IMG/VR virus record: IMGVR_UViG_3300042549_004104
Span: 64,001 to 128,000 of that record
Origin: a virus
Taxonomy: Duplodnaviria > Heunggongvirae > Uroviricota > Caudoviricetes
Length of the DNA: 64,000 bases
Direction: 5' to 3' (one strand)
The position numbers were made by a program, and so were the translations under genes. Of this stretch, positions 48,217 through 63,500 are shown piece after piece (position 1 is the first letter of the stretch; every line of letters begins with the position of its first letter). The notes under the pieces were generated by a model, which searched no databases, was not told the origin of the DNA, and saw only the letters and a program-made list of their open reading frames with translations.

Positions 48217-51200
48217 ATGGCCACAAGTTCAAGACAATCAAGTATATTTGGTGTAAACGATTGGAAATCAATCTACAAAAATTATAGTCAAGCTGATTTT
48301 CAGAGCTATGACTATGATACCTTACGTAAAACTTTTGTAGATTATCTCCGAACTTATTACCCTGAAACGTTTAATGACTATATAGAATCTAGCGAATATA
48401 TTGCGTTGCTAGACGTTATGGCCTATATGGGCCAAGCATTAAGTTTCCGTAATGATTTAAATACCCGCGAAAATTTTATTGACACTGCGGAACGTAGAGA
48501 CAGTGTAATCAAACTAGCTAACCTAGTGAGCTATACTCCAAAAAGAAATATTGCAGGTCAAGGTTACGCAAAAATTGTATCAGTATCAACATCAGAACAA
48601 ATCCGTGATATTAATAATTTAAATCTAAGTAATTTAACTATACTTTGGAATGATCCATCTAATCCAAATTGGCAAGAACAATTTAATTCTATAATAAATT
48701 CCGCGTTAATTGATACTCAAAAAGTTGGAAAACCTGGAAATAGTAAATCAATTTTAAACATCAAAACGGATGAGTATAGTATATTTTTACCAAACGGGGC
48801 TACCCCTGTAATTCCATTCGGGGCAACAGTAGATGGAATATCAATGGGATTTGAGGGTGTAAGTGTAACCAGTGTTGACAGTGATGACATGTACGAAGTA
48901 CCACCGGGCAACACTAGTTTATTTAATATTCTATATAGGAATGATAAACTAGGTTACGGTAGCGCAAATACAGGATTCTTCATTTACTTTAAACAAGGAT
49001 CATTAACTTCATATACTTTTAATTTACCAGAACAAATTACAAATAATAGTGTTGATGTAAACATTGAAGGTATTAATAACACTGATACTTGGTTGTATCA
49101 AAGTGATCAAGCAGGTACCGAACTCACATTATGGACACAAGTAGAAAGTGTTTATGCAAATGCTAGTTTGCAAAAATTAACTAGCGGTAAAAAAGTATAT
49201 AGTGTAAATTCACGAACAAATGATCAAGTAACCTATGTGTTTGGTGACGGTGTGTTTAGTGAAGTTCCGGTAGGGACATTTACTGCATTATTACGTTCTA
49301 GTAATGGTTTAAATTATGTCATCGATCCGTCTGAATTTCAAAGTATAACTCTTTCTATTCCTTACATAAGTCGTAGCAATAGAACAGAAACATTGACAGC
49401 AACAATTAGTTTACAACTACCTGTTAGTACTGCTCAACAACGTGAAACATTACCTGAAATAAAAGAACGTGCTCCACAACGCTATTATACACAAAATCGT
49501 ATGGTTAATGGCGAAGATTATAATAATTTTCCATATACTCTTTATAGTTCAATTATCAAAAGCAAAGCCATTAATCGTAGTAGTGTAGGTGTATCTAGAA
49601 ATTTTGATTTGTTAGACCCAAGTGCAAAATATTCTAGTACAAATGATTTTGCAGATGATGGTGGACTATATGAAGTAACCAACGATGGTTTTACTAATTT
49701 TACAGCATCAACAACAAATGATATTACAAATTTTCTATCAGAATATTTACCTGATGTATTAGGCGGCAACCGCGTTTATCAATACTATACTCAATTTTAC
49801 ACCCGATATATAATGAGCGGAGACATTGTTTCTTGGAATCAAACTTTCAATCTTTCAGGAGAAAGTAATGGATATTTCTATAGTAATGGATTGCCTATAT
49901 CAGTTGGTGTCTATGCACAAGGAAATGTAAAATATATTTCTCAAGGCGCACTATTAGGTTTTGTAGCCCCTTCTGGATATTATTTTGGTACTGACAATAA
50001 ATTAGTTGCAGGATTAGCATCTCCGAGTGATGTTACATCTATTTGGACTAGCGTGTTAAGCGTCATAGGTGATGGATATAATAATGGCGAAGGTAATCTT
50101 AACAATGGACTGGGACCTATTAATTTATCTAATAGCATACCTGACGGGGCAGTTTTATCTGTAATTATTCCTAGTTTAACTAATGTTTTAGGTACAACTT
50201 TAACACAAGAATGTATTACAAAAATTAGATTAGGACAAAGTTTTTCATTGATTTATGATAATTCTTTGTTAGCAAATCAAGAACGCTGGTCTACTAGCAC
50301 ATTTAATAATACTGAATATTTGGTAAAATTTGAAAGTTTGGGTTCTACTAGATATTTGGTAACTTACAAATCTATAGGTTATTATTTCGCTAGTGTCAAT
50401 GATGTACGATTTACATATGACAGAGATAAAATAATATATGATCCACTAAGTGGAAAATTACTACAGGATACTGTTACTGTTTTAAAAGCTAACTCACAAC
50501 CAACTAATAACTATCCTTTATCAGGAGACATTAAATTAAATGTTTTTGGTCAACAAATTGAATCAGACGGATATATAAATGATTTTGGTGTTGAATTAAG
50601 TAATTTTGATTTAACAAGTGTTGGATCATATAAAAATCCAGATTTCTTTGTTACTATAACAGGTTACTTACCTGGAACAGGTAATTACGACAAATATTGT
50701 TTTTTTCAAACAATAATTGATGCAAATTTGTTGTCACGTGTTGAGATGATTCCTACTAGTAACATTGTATATGCTTATGCATCAGAATCAGAAATCGCAA
50801 TTGTCAAATATGAATTCCCAGTAGGACAAGTATTTTATGCAGTTGTAGAAGATAAATTTTATCAATCAGTAAGTGATACAACCAGTGCTAATATTGTTAA
50901 TTTGATATCAGCTACAGATTACAGTCAAAAGACAGGTCGTCAAGGTTTATATTTCCAATATAAACATATTTCGGGTGACACAACACGAATTGATCCGGCA
51001 ACAACAAATATTATTGATTTGTACTTATTAACACAAAGTTATTATACTGCATATCAAAATTGGTTACGTGATACAACAGATACAATCATCGAACCAGAAA
51101 GACCAACAATTAATGAATTGACACAAACTTATAGTAACATTTATGAATATAAAATGTTATCAGATGCGGTGGTTGTTAACAGTGCTAGATTTAAACCATT

Positions 51201-51561
51201 ATTTGGTGCAAAAGCAGCACCTGAATTAAGAGGCACAATTAAAGTTATTAAATCACCGTTGACAACGATAAGTGATAGTGAAATTCGTACAAATGTTCTT
51301 ACAGAATTAAACACTTATTTTAGTATTGACAACTGGACGTTTGGAGACACATTTTATTTTAGTGAATTAAGTTCATATTTGCATTCTCAATTAGGAGATA
51401 TAATAAGTTCTGTGGTTCTAGTTCCAACTAGCCCATTACTTACATTTGGTGATTTATATGAAATCAAAAGTGCCCCTTATGAAATATTCGTAAATGGCGC
51501 ACAGGCAACAGATATTGTAGTAATAACAGCACTTACCCCAAGTGAATTAAAAGCAGGTTAA
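48217..51561 (+). CDS. gp6: Baseplate wedge subunit (gp6-like)
   Basis: SYDYDTLRKTFVDYL...FNDYIESSE..ALLD..AY, ENFIDTAERRDSVIKLA..VSY.P, FGDGVF, ETL.EIK.RAPQ.YYTQNRMV.GEDY. Confidence 0.9.
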   Translation: MATSSRQSSIFGVNDWKSIYKNYSQADFQSYDYDTLRKTFVDYLRTYYPETFNDYIESSEYIALLDVMAYMGQALSFRNDLNTRENFIDTAERRDSVIKLANLVSYTPKRNIAGQGYAKIVSVSTSEQIRDINNLNLSNLTILWNDPSNPNWQEQFNSIINSALIDTQKVGKPGNSKSILNIKTDEYSIFLPNGATPVIPFGATVDGISMGFEGVSVTSVDSDDMYEVPPGNTSLFNILYRNDKLGYGSANTGFFIYFKQGSLTSYTFNLPEQITNNSVDVNIEGINNTDTWLYQSDQAGTELTLWTQVESVYANASLQKLTSGKKVYSVNSRTNDQVTYVFGDGVFSEVPVGTFTALLRSSNGLNYVIDPSEFQSITLSIPYISRSNRTETLTATISLQLPVSTAQQRETLPEIKERAPQRYYTQNRMVNGEDYNNFPYTLYSSIIKSKAINRSSVGVSRNFDLLDPSAKYSSTNDFADDGGLYEVTNDGFTNFTASTTNDITNFLSEYLPDVLGGNRVYQYYTQFYTRYIMSGDIVSWNQTFNLSGESNGYFYSNGLPISVGVYAQGNVKYISQGALLGFVAPSGYYFGTDNKLVAGLASPSDVTSIWTSVLSVIGDGYNNGEGNLNNGLGPINLSNSIPDGAVLSVIIPSLTNVLGTTLTQECITKIRLGQSFSLIYDNSLLANQERWSTSTFNNTEYLVKFESLGSTRYLVTYKSIGYYFASVNDVRFTYDRDKIIYDPLSGKLLQDTVTVLKANSQPTNNYPLSGDIKLNVFGQQIESDGYINDFGVELSNFDLTSVGSYKNPDFFVTITGYLPGTGNYDKYCFFQTIIDANLLSRVEMIPTSNIVYAYASESEIAIVKYEFPVGQVFYAVVEDKFYQSVSDTTSANIVNLISATDYSQKTGRQGLYFQYKHISGDTTRIDPATTNIIDLYLLTQSYYTAYQNWLRDTTDTIIEPERPTINELTQTYSNIYEYKMLSDAVVVNSARFKPLFGAKAAPELRGTIKVIKSPLTTISDSEIRTNVLTELNTYFSIDNWTFGDTFYFSELSSYLHSQLGDIISSVVLVPTSPLLTFGDLYEIKSAPYEIFVNGAQATDIVVITALTPSELKAG

Positions 51562-51575
51562 TATAGGTAATAATA

Positions 51576-54500
51576 ATGGTAACAAAAGTTAGAACAATTG
51601 ATTTCTTACCGGAAATTTTTAAAACAAAAACTAATAGTCAGTTTTTACAGGCTACGCTGGATCAATTAACACAACAACCAGATTTTAAAAGAATACAAGG
51701 TTATATTGGTAGTAAGTTTGGTTATGGTGTTAATACCACAGACAAATATCTAGAGGAACCAAGTAAATCCCGAACAAATTATCAATTAGAACCTAGTATA
51801 GTTTTTAAAAAAACAGACACTAGTATTGCTAAAGATATATTGACGTATCAAGGATTATTAGACAGTTTAACACTACAAGGTAGTCTGGGTGAGAACATTA
51901 GTGATTCATTACAAAATCAATTTTATTCATGGGATAGTTTTGTTGATTTAGATAAAATAATTAACTATAGCCAATATTATTGGTTACCATTTGGTCCTGA
52001 TTCTGTTATTATTACACAAGACCAATTGTATAAAAATTTAACATATACAGTAACATCGGAGCCATCTCAATATTTCTTTGATACTGAAGAATTTAACATT
52101 GACCAATCTAATCCGCAAATCACTTTGGTGCGTGGAGGTACTTATGTTTTTGCAGTGAATCAAAATTCAAAGTTTTATATACAAACTAATGTTGGAATCA
52201 ACGGAGTAGAAGTAACAAGACCTAATTTTAGTACACGTGAAGTGTATGGAGTTGCCAATAATGGTGCATCAACAGGGTTAGTAACGTTCACAGTTCCTTT
52301 AAGTAACGCACAAGATGAATGGAATTTTCCCGGAAATTTAAATATTGATCTTGTAACAACTCTCAAATATGAAGATGTTCAAGGTAAGATTTTAAATGAT
52401 ATTGGTGGTATCGGAAATTATATAAACAAAACTTTATTATTTTATGGAAATCCTGCAGGGACCTTAGGAGCCAAATATGGTTTCTATGGTAGTGAATATG
52501 ATGTTGATCCGTTTGAATATACAACTTATACAGATGTCACTAAAAATTATTATACCATAAATGTATTAGACAACGGTGTAATTAATTTAGTAGAAGCTGG
52601 ATTACTGCCTGACAATACAAAAATTACTATAAATTTTGGTACTCAATATGTGTATAGAAATTTTGTAAAAAGTAGTTTGGGAGAGATCGTATTAATACCT
52701 TACTTAACTGCTAAATTAGATACATATTATTATCAAGATAGCGAGGACTCTAATAAGTATGGTATTATAAGAATAGTTGATTCCAACACATCTTCAAATA
52801 TAGACATTAATGATATTCTTGGTAAAAAACAATATATTAGTCCTAATAATATAAAATTTACTAACGGATTAAAAGTAGAATTTGCAGGAAACATATATCC
52901 TGAACAATATGCTCAAGGTCAATATTATGTTGAGGGTGTAGGCACTAGTATTCAATTATTACCTGTAACTGATTTTACTATTGTTGAAGATTTTGGTGAG
53001 TCATCAACCGCCCCATTTGATACTTACTCATATGATAGCACAAATTATGCAGACACGTTATTCTATCCAAAAGATCCAGATTATATTACTATAGCTAGAA
53101 ATAGTATTAATAAAAATGCATGGAGTCGCAGTAATCGATGGTTCCACATAGATGTATTGAATACTACTTTACAATATGCAGAATCTACTGAAAATACCTA
53201 TAATGCATTAAACAATTCTGATACACGCGGTAAAAGACCTATTGTAGAATTTTATCCTAATTTAAAATTATATAATTTAGGATCGGTATCTAAACCAAAT
53301 ACTAGTTTTATTGATTTTAGTTCAACTGATGCATTTTCTCAAGTTGCAGGACAAACAAGTTTTTCTCCTAATGGAGAATCTATTGCAATATTTGATGGTG
53401 CTACTATTATCTTTGCGGGTGACACTGATTTAAATATTAGAAATAAAATATTTGTTGTTAGTTTTGAAAGTTTAAGCGGAGTTAGCACCCCTGTAATTAC
53501 ATTAACTCCGATAGAGAACGGAAATATTTTATATAATGACCAAACAGTAATTACTATCGGTGATAATTATCAAGGCGAAACCTTTTGGTTTGATGGAACT
53601 AATTGGATTCAAGGACAATTAAAAACACGTACAAATCAACCTCCGTTGTTTGATGTTTTTGACAAAAATAATATAAGTTACGGAGATAAAGATTTTTATC
53701 CAAGTAGTGATTTTGAGGGATGTACATTATTTGAATATACAATAGGTACAGGAACAGATGATCCAGTATTAAAATTTCCAATCAAATATAGTTCTTTAAA
53801 CAATTTAGGAGATATAAGTTTCACTGTCTCATTAAATACACAAACCTTTAATTATGTGGATGGTAGTTTATCCGTAACTTCTAATATTAATAATGGATAT
53901 GTCTTCGATTATTATGATAGAGTTAATTATAATAGGGCTATTGGATGGCAAACTGCTATTGGGGAAAGTTTTCAATACCAAGTATTCAATACAACCTATA
54001 CTAGCATTCCAATAGAACCTACATTTACATTTGATATTGCAGCCAAAGTGCAAACATCTACTCCGTGGCCTGTATTAACTGTTTACGTAGATAATGTAAG
54101 ATTAGCGCAAACAGAATTTTCTTATATTATAACTGATAATACAACTACTATTACATTAACTACTACTCCCTTTATAGGAACTACAATTGATGTACTCATA
54201 TACAGTGATCAATCAAGTAAAACTGGATATTATGAAATTCCAAGTAATTTGGATCATAATCCATTTAATTCAGAAATAACTACTATTAATTTAGGTGACA
54301 TAAGAGGACATTATAAGAGTATTTGTAATAATAGTCCGAACTTCAGTGGATTAGCATTTGGATCTAATAATTATAGAGATTTAGGTAATGTAATTCCATA
54401 TGGCATGAGAATAGTACAGAACAGTGCTCCACTTGTAGCCGCCGGCGCATTTTTAAGAAATCCTTATGTAAATTTCTTTGACGCACTTAATTTTTCAGGT

Positions 54501-57500
54501 GTTGAATATATAAAATTTAAAGCATTGATTCTACAAACAATTCAAAATAATGATTATAATTCTTTAGATACTAGTGCTTATATTTTAGATGATGTTTTAG
54601 AAAAGATAGGACAATCTAAAATTAATTCTAATCCGTTTTTCTGGAGCGACATGCTACCTAATAAAAACGCTGAAGCTATAAATTCTTATGTGTTTAAGTC
54701 TGACATTTCTACTAGCAATTTTACGCTGTCTAGAATATATGACTTTACTAAAGCTAATTATTATGGTGTTTTGGTATACTTAACCAGACGTGTTAATGGT
54801 ACAATTAGATACATTCAACTTATAAAAGATGTTGACTATATAATTTCTTCAACAGAGGAAAAAATAACTGTTACAAAAGATTTAATCAACAACGATGTTA
54901 TAACCATTAAAGAATATAATCAAACATACGGAAGTTATGTTCCAAACACACCAACTAAAATAGGATTATATCCTGCGTCATTGCCGCAAGTTGTGTATGA
55001 TACTTCATATGTAAAACCTACTTACTTTATAAAAGGGCACGATGGTTCATTTAATAAATTATATGGAAAATATGTTGATGGTTTCTTAACTGATTATAGA
55101 GATAGTGTATTATTAGAGTTTGAAACAAGAATCTATAATAATTTGAAAATAAGTTCAGATATAGCGTTAGAATACGATGATGTTGCACCGGGTTATTTTA
55201 GAGACACTGGAGTATCTTATACTGACTTTTTAAACGTATACCTAACACAATTTTTAAATTGGGTAGGAACTAATAGAATTGATTATCAAGAGCATGACGA
55301 TTATGTCAGTACTAATCCATACACCTTTAATTATGCAGGTTCTACTTTAAAAATCGATAAATCAAAAAACTCCATTGGTAATTGGAGAGGATTGTATAAT
55401 TATTTGTATGACACCGCGACCCCAAATACAACTCCGTGGGAAATATTAGGACTAATAAACAAACCTGATTGGTGGGACACATATTATGGAGAAGCTCCAT
55501 ATACTAGTGATAATACTTTTATGTGGGATGATATTAGTCGGGGTTTTGTATATAACAATGGTAATAGCTATATAAACACAAAAAGAATTAGAGATGGCTT
55601 ATTGAATATTATCCCAGTTGACAGTGACGGAAATTTAAAGAGTCCGTTTGAATTCTTAATTAATTCATACGATGTAAATAATTTTTCTAATATATGGAAA
55701 GCAGGAGATACCGGACCTGCTGAATATAGTTACTTAAAAAGTAGCTCATGGCCATTTGATTTAATGCGTTTATATGCGTTATTCAAACCTGCTAAGTTTT
55801 TTGGTCTTAGTATTGATGTTGATGAATACAAATATAATAATGAGTTTAATCAATACTTATATCAAGATAGATTTAGAGATTCGTTAAGTAATCTTTCAAT
55901 ATACGGCAATGGAACTTCAAAAAATAGCTATATCAATTGGTTAGTAGATTATCTATCTCAATATGGAATAGACGGTCATGCAGATATTCTTACCTTACTT
56001 AAAAATCTAGATGTCCGTTTAAGTTATCGATTAGCTGGATTTACAGATAAGGATTTAATAAAATTTTTCGTAGAAAAGGGAACACCAAACAGTAGTAATA
56101 ATTCTTTGATGATTCCGGACGACAGTTATAGCATTATTTTATATGACAACCCACCAAATGATACTATTCGTTATAGTTCTATAATTATACAAAAAGTAAG
56201 TAATGGATATAGAGTTTTAGGTAATAATCAAAACAGAACATATTTTGTTTCGTTAAGCCCTATACAAGATGGATTATTTCAGACAATATCAGTTAATGAT
56301 GTTACTGTCAGAGTGCCTAAAAATTATAGAGATAGAAAAGTATTGACTCCTTATGGAAGTTTATTTACAAACCAAGAAGATTTGTTTACTTTTATGAGAG
56401 GGTATGGTAAATACCTAGAATCTCAGGGCATGACATTTGATGATATAGAAAACGGAATTGAATTGTCTTGGGATCAAATGCTTGCTGAGACATTGTATTG
56501 GGTAGAAACTGGTTGGGATGTCGGTAGTATTATTAACGTTAATCCCGCATCACGTATTATTAATGTAGATAAAGATAATAATGTCGTACAGCCTTTAACT
56601 TTGACAAAAGAAAACTTTATTTTAAACCAAAACAGCACTCCAATATTATTGTCGGATATGAATATTTTTAGACAAGGTACTACATTCAATGTTAAGGCAT
56701 TAAATGAAGGTGATAGTATGAGTTTCTTTAATTCTAACCTTAGCACAATTGAACATGTGGTGGTGTTTAACAATGAAACTGTCTTTAATGATGTAATATA
56801 TAATTTAATAACTGGATTAAGACAACAACGAATTTATGTAAAAGGTTCTAAATCAGCTGGCTGGGAAGGTTATGTAAATGCAGCAGGATTTATTTTAAAT
56901 CAAGACAACATTGAAGAATGGGTAGAAAATAAAAAATATACTAAAGGAACTATTGTTAAATTTAAAAATGAGTATTACAGTGCAAAAGAAATTATTACAC
57001 TACCAAAAATAAAATTTGATTATAATGATTGGAATAAAACGTCATATGACATGATTCAAAAAGGATTGTTACCAAATCCAAGTACTCGTTCCGCTGAAGC
57101 AACAAAATTCTATGATACAGTAAATCCTAATTTAGCAAACGACGGAGACCTATTAAGTTTCAGTTTAATTGGGTATAGACCAAGACAATATTTTGCAAGT
57201 GCTAATTTTGATGATGCTACTCAAGTTAACTTGTACAAAAACATGATTGGTGTGAAAGGTACAGTTGACAGCGTAACAAAACTTCAAGGTATAAATGTAC
57301 AACAAAATACTTTGAATTATGACATACATGAAAATTGGGCTATAAAATCTAGTGAATTTGGTGGTTTATTAAATCAAAACTTCATTGAATTTACTTTGAA
57401 CGAAGCTGAATTGACAGGTGATCCTAGTATAGTAAGTGTTATTAACAACATCGGGGTTGATGGGGCACAACAACAAATACCATTAAACAAAATTAAAAAT

Positions 57501-60500
57501 TATGGTCGTCCATTAAGCAACACTGATATTTTACCAATATTACCAAGTAATACTGAAGAAAAATTACCAAGCGCCGGATATGTTAATATTGACGATGTAT
57601 TGCAATATGGATATACAGTAAATAATTTACTTGATGCTGAAATTTACAACTTGTATAAAAATGATTATCTCTGGGTAGCAGATAAAGATAATACATGGCA
57701 AGTATACACCCCGTCAAGTTATGGTGCCATTGTAATTAGTATTCTTAATAATTTAAATGGTACTGTCACAGTTATTTTTGATAAACCACATAGTTTATTG
57801 TTAAATCAAGTGTTTGGTATATTAAATTTTGATAGTAGAATTGATGGATACCATTTAATTGAACAAGTTGTCAGTTTAACTAGTTTAGTTATCAGATTGA
57901 CGTTAGACCCGGGCATAATATCTTTAACAGGTAATGGTTTATCTTTCTTATTACAGAGTCAACGTGTTGCCACTGCAAGAGACATTTCGGGATTGCCTTT
58001 ATTAAATGCTGAATATGATACTAATCGTGTTTGGGTAGATCAAAATCAAAATGGTGATTGGACAGTATATGAAAAAACAAATAATTATACTGGCTCAGGT
58101 TTACCTACAGTAGGTTTAAGTGTTGACAATTTTGGAAGTAGTGTAGCATACATTGAAAACGTCGGGTATTTTGTCGGTGATCCTACTAATGGATCAGTGT
58201 ATCATTATGCAAAATCACCCGCTGGAGTTTTCTATCTAAGAAACACAATAACATATCCTGGTAGTGATTTTGGAACTAGTATAATTACTAGTCAGGATCT
58301 AATAATTATTTCTTCACCGGACGTAACACTTAGCCAAATTTATATATATAAAATACCACCTTCTGGTGAAATTAATAGTATTATTTTACAAGAAGTTATT
58401 TCAATAGGTGGAGCCCGTGTTGGTGATAGTATGGCTATATCCGGTGATGGTAACTGGTTATATTTAGGTGCAAAAACAGTAAATATTGTTTTATTATTCC
58501 AACGTATTGGTGTTTTGACATATCAAGCTGCTGGATTAAGTCTTGCAGAAGCTACAGTACTTAATTCAAATAGTTTTGTTTGTGACGGAGACGTTAGAAC
58601 ATTATTAAGTGAAGGACAATTAGTTAATTTCTTAGTATCATATACTTCACAAAGTATGTCATTAGCTCAACCAACTGTAGAGTTAGATACATTTTTTGTA
58701 GTTGAAGGAGATCAACGAAGTAAACTAGCAAATGGTGATAAGATTTCGTTTTATAATACCGGTGCAGTCGGTACGTATTTGTATACAATTGCTACCGAAA
58801 GCTATGATTCAATAGATGATACTACAACATTTTATACTCTTGAAGAATTTGAAGTAGGTGTAATTATACCTCCGGGAACAAATGTTTATAAAGTTAATTT
58901 TAATGATAATTTAACTTTTACAGTTGTTACTGGAACATATGATAATATAACTGATACTACAACATTCTACACATTAGAAAAAATAGAGTATACAGCTTCT
59001 TCTGGATCAAATATCTATATTGGAAATGTTAATTTTGCATTATCAACTTTCTTAGATTCTATATTGGCTAACGTAAATGCAGAATACGGTGGAAGTATAT
59101 CTACAAACTATGATGGTTCAAGATTGTTCATTGGGTCACCAAAAGAAGATTACAGTGAAAGTGTTTTGGATACAGGTGTAGTATATGTTTATGACAGATT
59201 AATTCAAAATTACGAGATACAATATAATCAAACAGATGCGGTTTTACTTATCAGAACTGCATTCAATTTAAACCCACAAACAAGAATTTTACGTAATGGG
59301 GTGTTTTTACCTCCTAATCAATATGTAATTATTTTAAATGCAGTAATTATAGGAGTTATTGGGGTTAAAGCAGGAGATATAATTACGGTTAGTAGTGCAG
59401 ACTTTGTGAATACATTTAGATTGTCTAATATGGATGATCCTAGTGATTTACGTCCTGGAGAACTATTTGGATTTGCATTAGATTGCAACAAATACGGTAG
59501 TGAATTGTTAATTGGATGTCCATATGATGTAAGCAATGATAACACTAAAGAAGGTTCTGTTGTAAGATTTACTGATGAAGGTAAACGATATGGAATTATA
59601 ACCGGTGTTCTAGCTTGTAATATAATACAATCAACATATATTTTATTAAATGGTTATGAAGTTGCATTACGTAACGATACTCCATTATTAGTATCTATTA
59701 CAGGTGGTGTTTCTACTACGGTAACTATTAGCACTACTATGGCAGCTACTTTACCAAGTAATGGAATAATTACGGTACAAAATTCAAGCACCGGAGATTT
59801 TGAATTATTATTTTATAATTCAGTAAACGTATCAACCGGTGTGTTAACTTGTGCTACTGCCGCAGTAAATTCGTACACAGCTAATCAAGCCAACGTAATC
59901 TTACCATTAGGTAATGCAAGCAACGTAGCGGCTAAAATTAATCAAACATTTATCACAAACATATTTGCTTATTCTACCCTAGATGGTAGACTTATAATTA
60001 GACTACGTGACCAATCATTGGGTCAATTAAATAATAAACTAACTATAAGTGTGTTTAATGGTAATTATTTGTATCAAATGGGATTCTTCTTCCCTAAATC
60101 ACAAGTTATTCAAGATCCGCACCCACAAACATCTACGCAATTTGGTTATGCAATTAAACATAATGAAGAAAGTAGTTTTGTTGTTGGCGCTCCTGTAAAC
60201 AGCAGATATGTTGCAACAAAATTTGATTATTCAAATGATAGTAATAATCACAATGATACAGTATTTGATAATAATCTAACAGTGTTTGAAGATAATTATA
60301 CAAATGCAGGTAGTGTTTATATGTATGATTACATAGAGGCTTATGATGAAAGTTTGAATAATATTGGCAATTATATCTATGCACAATCATGTAATGACAC
60401 CACGCTTGAATATGGAGTGCAGCCACAATATGGAAAAGCGTTGTCGTTTAATAACAATGCAGTAATGATCGGTGCACCTAATTTACAAACAACAATAAGT

Positions 60501-63500
60501 CCTGGTGGCAAAGCAATGCTTTGGAAAAATGATTCTGGTGTAAAAAATTGGCATGTTTATCGTGAAGGTGATGACATTGTTGATGTAAGCAAATTACAAA
60601 AAGTACAGCTTTATGATAATACTAATGATAATAATTTAATTTCATTAGACTATATTGATCCTTTACAAGGAAAATTATTAGGTGCGGTGCGTGAAAATAT
60701 TGATTTCATATCAACAACTGACCCTGCGGGCTATAATGCTCCTGGAGTCAACAAAGGAACCAAAGTTTGGACAAAGTCTTTTGTAGGTAAAATCTGGTTT
60801 GACACGACAACTACTAAGTTTTTAAATTATCATCAAGACGATGTAATTTATAATAGCAAATATTTTGGTATGGTATTTCCAGGAAGCGATATTACAGTTT
60901 ATAGTTGGATAGAAAGTAATGTAATACCTGCTTTATATGAAGGTCCCGGAACACCATACGACTTTGCAAAATACTCAACCATATTAGAAACAGATAGTAA
61001 TAATAATTTAATTACTAGATATTTTTATTGGGTTCGTAATACCAACATTATTAATACTGCTCAATATAAAACACTGTCAGATACGATTATTGAAAGATAT
61101 ATTGCTGATCCAATAAGTTCAGGTATAGCATATATGACACCGTTACGTCCTAATACATTTGGATTATACAATTCACAAGAATATATAAATGACACTTCAA
61201 CCAACATGCATGTTGGATTTAGTAGTGGTGGTAATGACACAAAAGGGCATGTTGAATTCCAACTAATACGTAGTAATTATGACACTGATTTCTTACCAGG
61301 ATTCCCGGAACCTGTAAAAGGTTACATTTTACCAACTGGATTATATGATAGATTTATTGATAGTCTAGCTGGAGTAGATGAATCAGGTTTAATAGTGCCC
61401 GATCCAACTTTACCTAAATTATTACAACTTGGAATCAACGTGAGACCAAGACAGGGATTTTTTATCAATAGATTAGAAGCATTACGTAATTACCTTGAAT
61501 ACGCAAATCAAGTCATCGCACAATATCCTATAAATGAGTTTGGTAATATAACTTTCTTATATGAGCAAGGTGATTATTTTGATGTAGCAAATTATTGGGA
61601 AAACATATATTGGTGGGAAACGGGTTATAGTAATAGTACACGCACAGTATTAGATGTAGCATCATATACAGATTTATCAACATTGTCTGTTACTGAAGGA
61701 ACTATCGTAGGGGTAGTAAGCAATGCACAGGGTAACCGTGAAGTATACATTTATACAGACTCAACTTGGAATAGAATTGGTTTACAAAATGGAACAATAC
61801 GATTCCTATCAACATTGTGGAATTACACAACTAACATGATAGGGTTTGGTGACAGTTTCTTTGACAACTCTAGTTATGATTCATATCCTTCAACTGAAAC
61901 TCGTTACATTATTCGTGCATTAAACGAACAAATTTATATTGGACCGTTGTTAACACATAGAAATAAAAGTTTAATTTTAATTTTTGAATATATTCAAAGT
62001 GAAAATATTGAATCACAAAATTATTTACCATGGTTAAATAAAACAAGTTTTGCAGATGTAAGCTACAGTGTTAGAACACTTACTACTAATCAAAAATTTC
62101 AACGTGACAATCAAAGTTTATTAGAAGGTTATATAAATGAGGTCAAACCATATCATGTGGTTATGAAAGAGTTTTATTTAAAATACGACAAAACTGATTT
62201 ATATAATACTGATATAACTGATTATGACTTGCCAAGTTTGTATAATACTAGTGTAAGTAATTTTGTAAGCCCTCAATTAGTTTACAAAGAATTCCCAAAT
62301 AAACCTGCGTATGAATTTAACACCACTAGTTCTGTTTGGGAACTTCCAAATTATGCCCAATGGTTTAATAACTATGGATTAGTAATAGGAACACTTGATA
62401 ATGTTGTCATGGGAGTATTAATTTCATACATAAGTTCAATATCAACAGAAATTTATGTAGACACCGTTGATGGGTTTCCGGTAGCCGGCGTAATAAAAAT
62501 TGATGATGAAATTATGGCATACACATCAGTGAATCGTGTTAATAAACTGTTATTAGGAATTAGTAGAGGTATAAACAATACAACACCAGTAGAACATTTT
62601 ACAAAATCAACTGTTTATATGGATGTTCCGGGTATAAATGTTTTAAATAGTGGTCGTGATTATGATGACATACCAACTGTTACAGCAGTGGTAGATACTA
62701 CTAAATATCCTGCACCAAGAAAAGCTGCATCGTTAGTAAGTATAATGTCAGGTAACAAAGTAGTGGGTGTAAAAGTAACGGATCCGGGAGACGGCTATGT
62801 AGTTACCCCAAACATTGTTTTTGAAGATGCATATTATGTTACTACGACTTTGGACAGAATTAATTTCTTAAATCATACTATACAATTTTTAGATATAACT
62901 TTTTCAACCGGAGAACTTGTTTATTTAGAAGGTGTTAGCTCAAATGGTTATACTATCGTACCTGATGGATTTTACTATATTGGAGTTATTCAAATCGAGA
63001 CTACATTCTCTATAACTCCAAATGGTATTATTGTAAGTCTACACACCAATTATCAAGACTCCATTGACGGACAAAATCATATTATATTTGTAAATGAAAA
63101 TACAGTTCCTGCTGATTATGAACAAAAAATGTCCATAAGAGCAAGAGCTATCCCCTCAATGGTAAATAACAAAATTAGAAGTTTGAAGCCTACATTATGT
63201 TTTGATAGAACTAGTTACGAGTCTAGAATAAAAGAATGGGTTCCCGGGGCATATTATTCAAGTCCTTATATTAGTATTGGAAATGATGCAAGTAATCCAG
63301 ATAAACTTTATATAGGCACACCTTATGATGAAATGTCAGGAACAGTAAGTCCTGCAGGTGGATCTGGAGCAACATTTACAATCTATAACATATTAATGGG
63401 TGGTAACTATGAAGCTGACATTGAATTTGGTGGAACAGGTTATGATGTTAACGATTTAATTACTATTTTAGGAACAGATTTAGGAGGCACAACACCTGCT

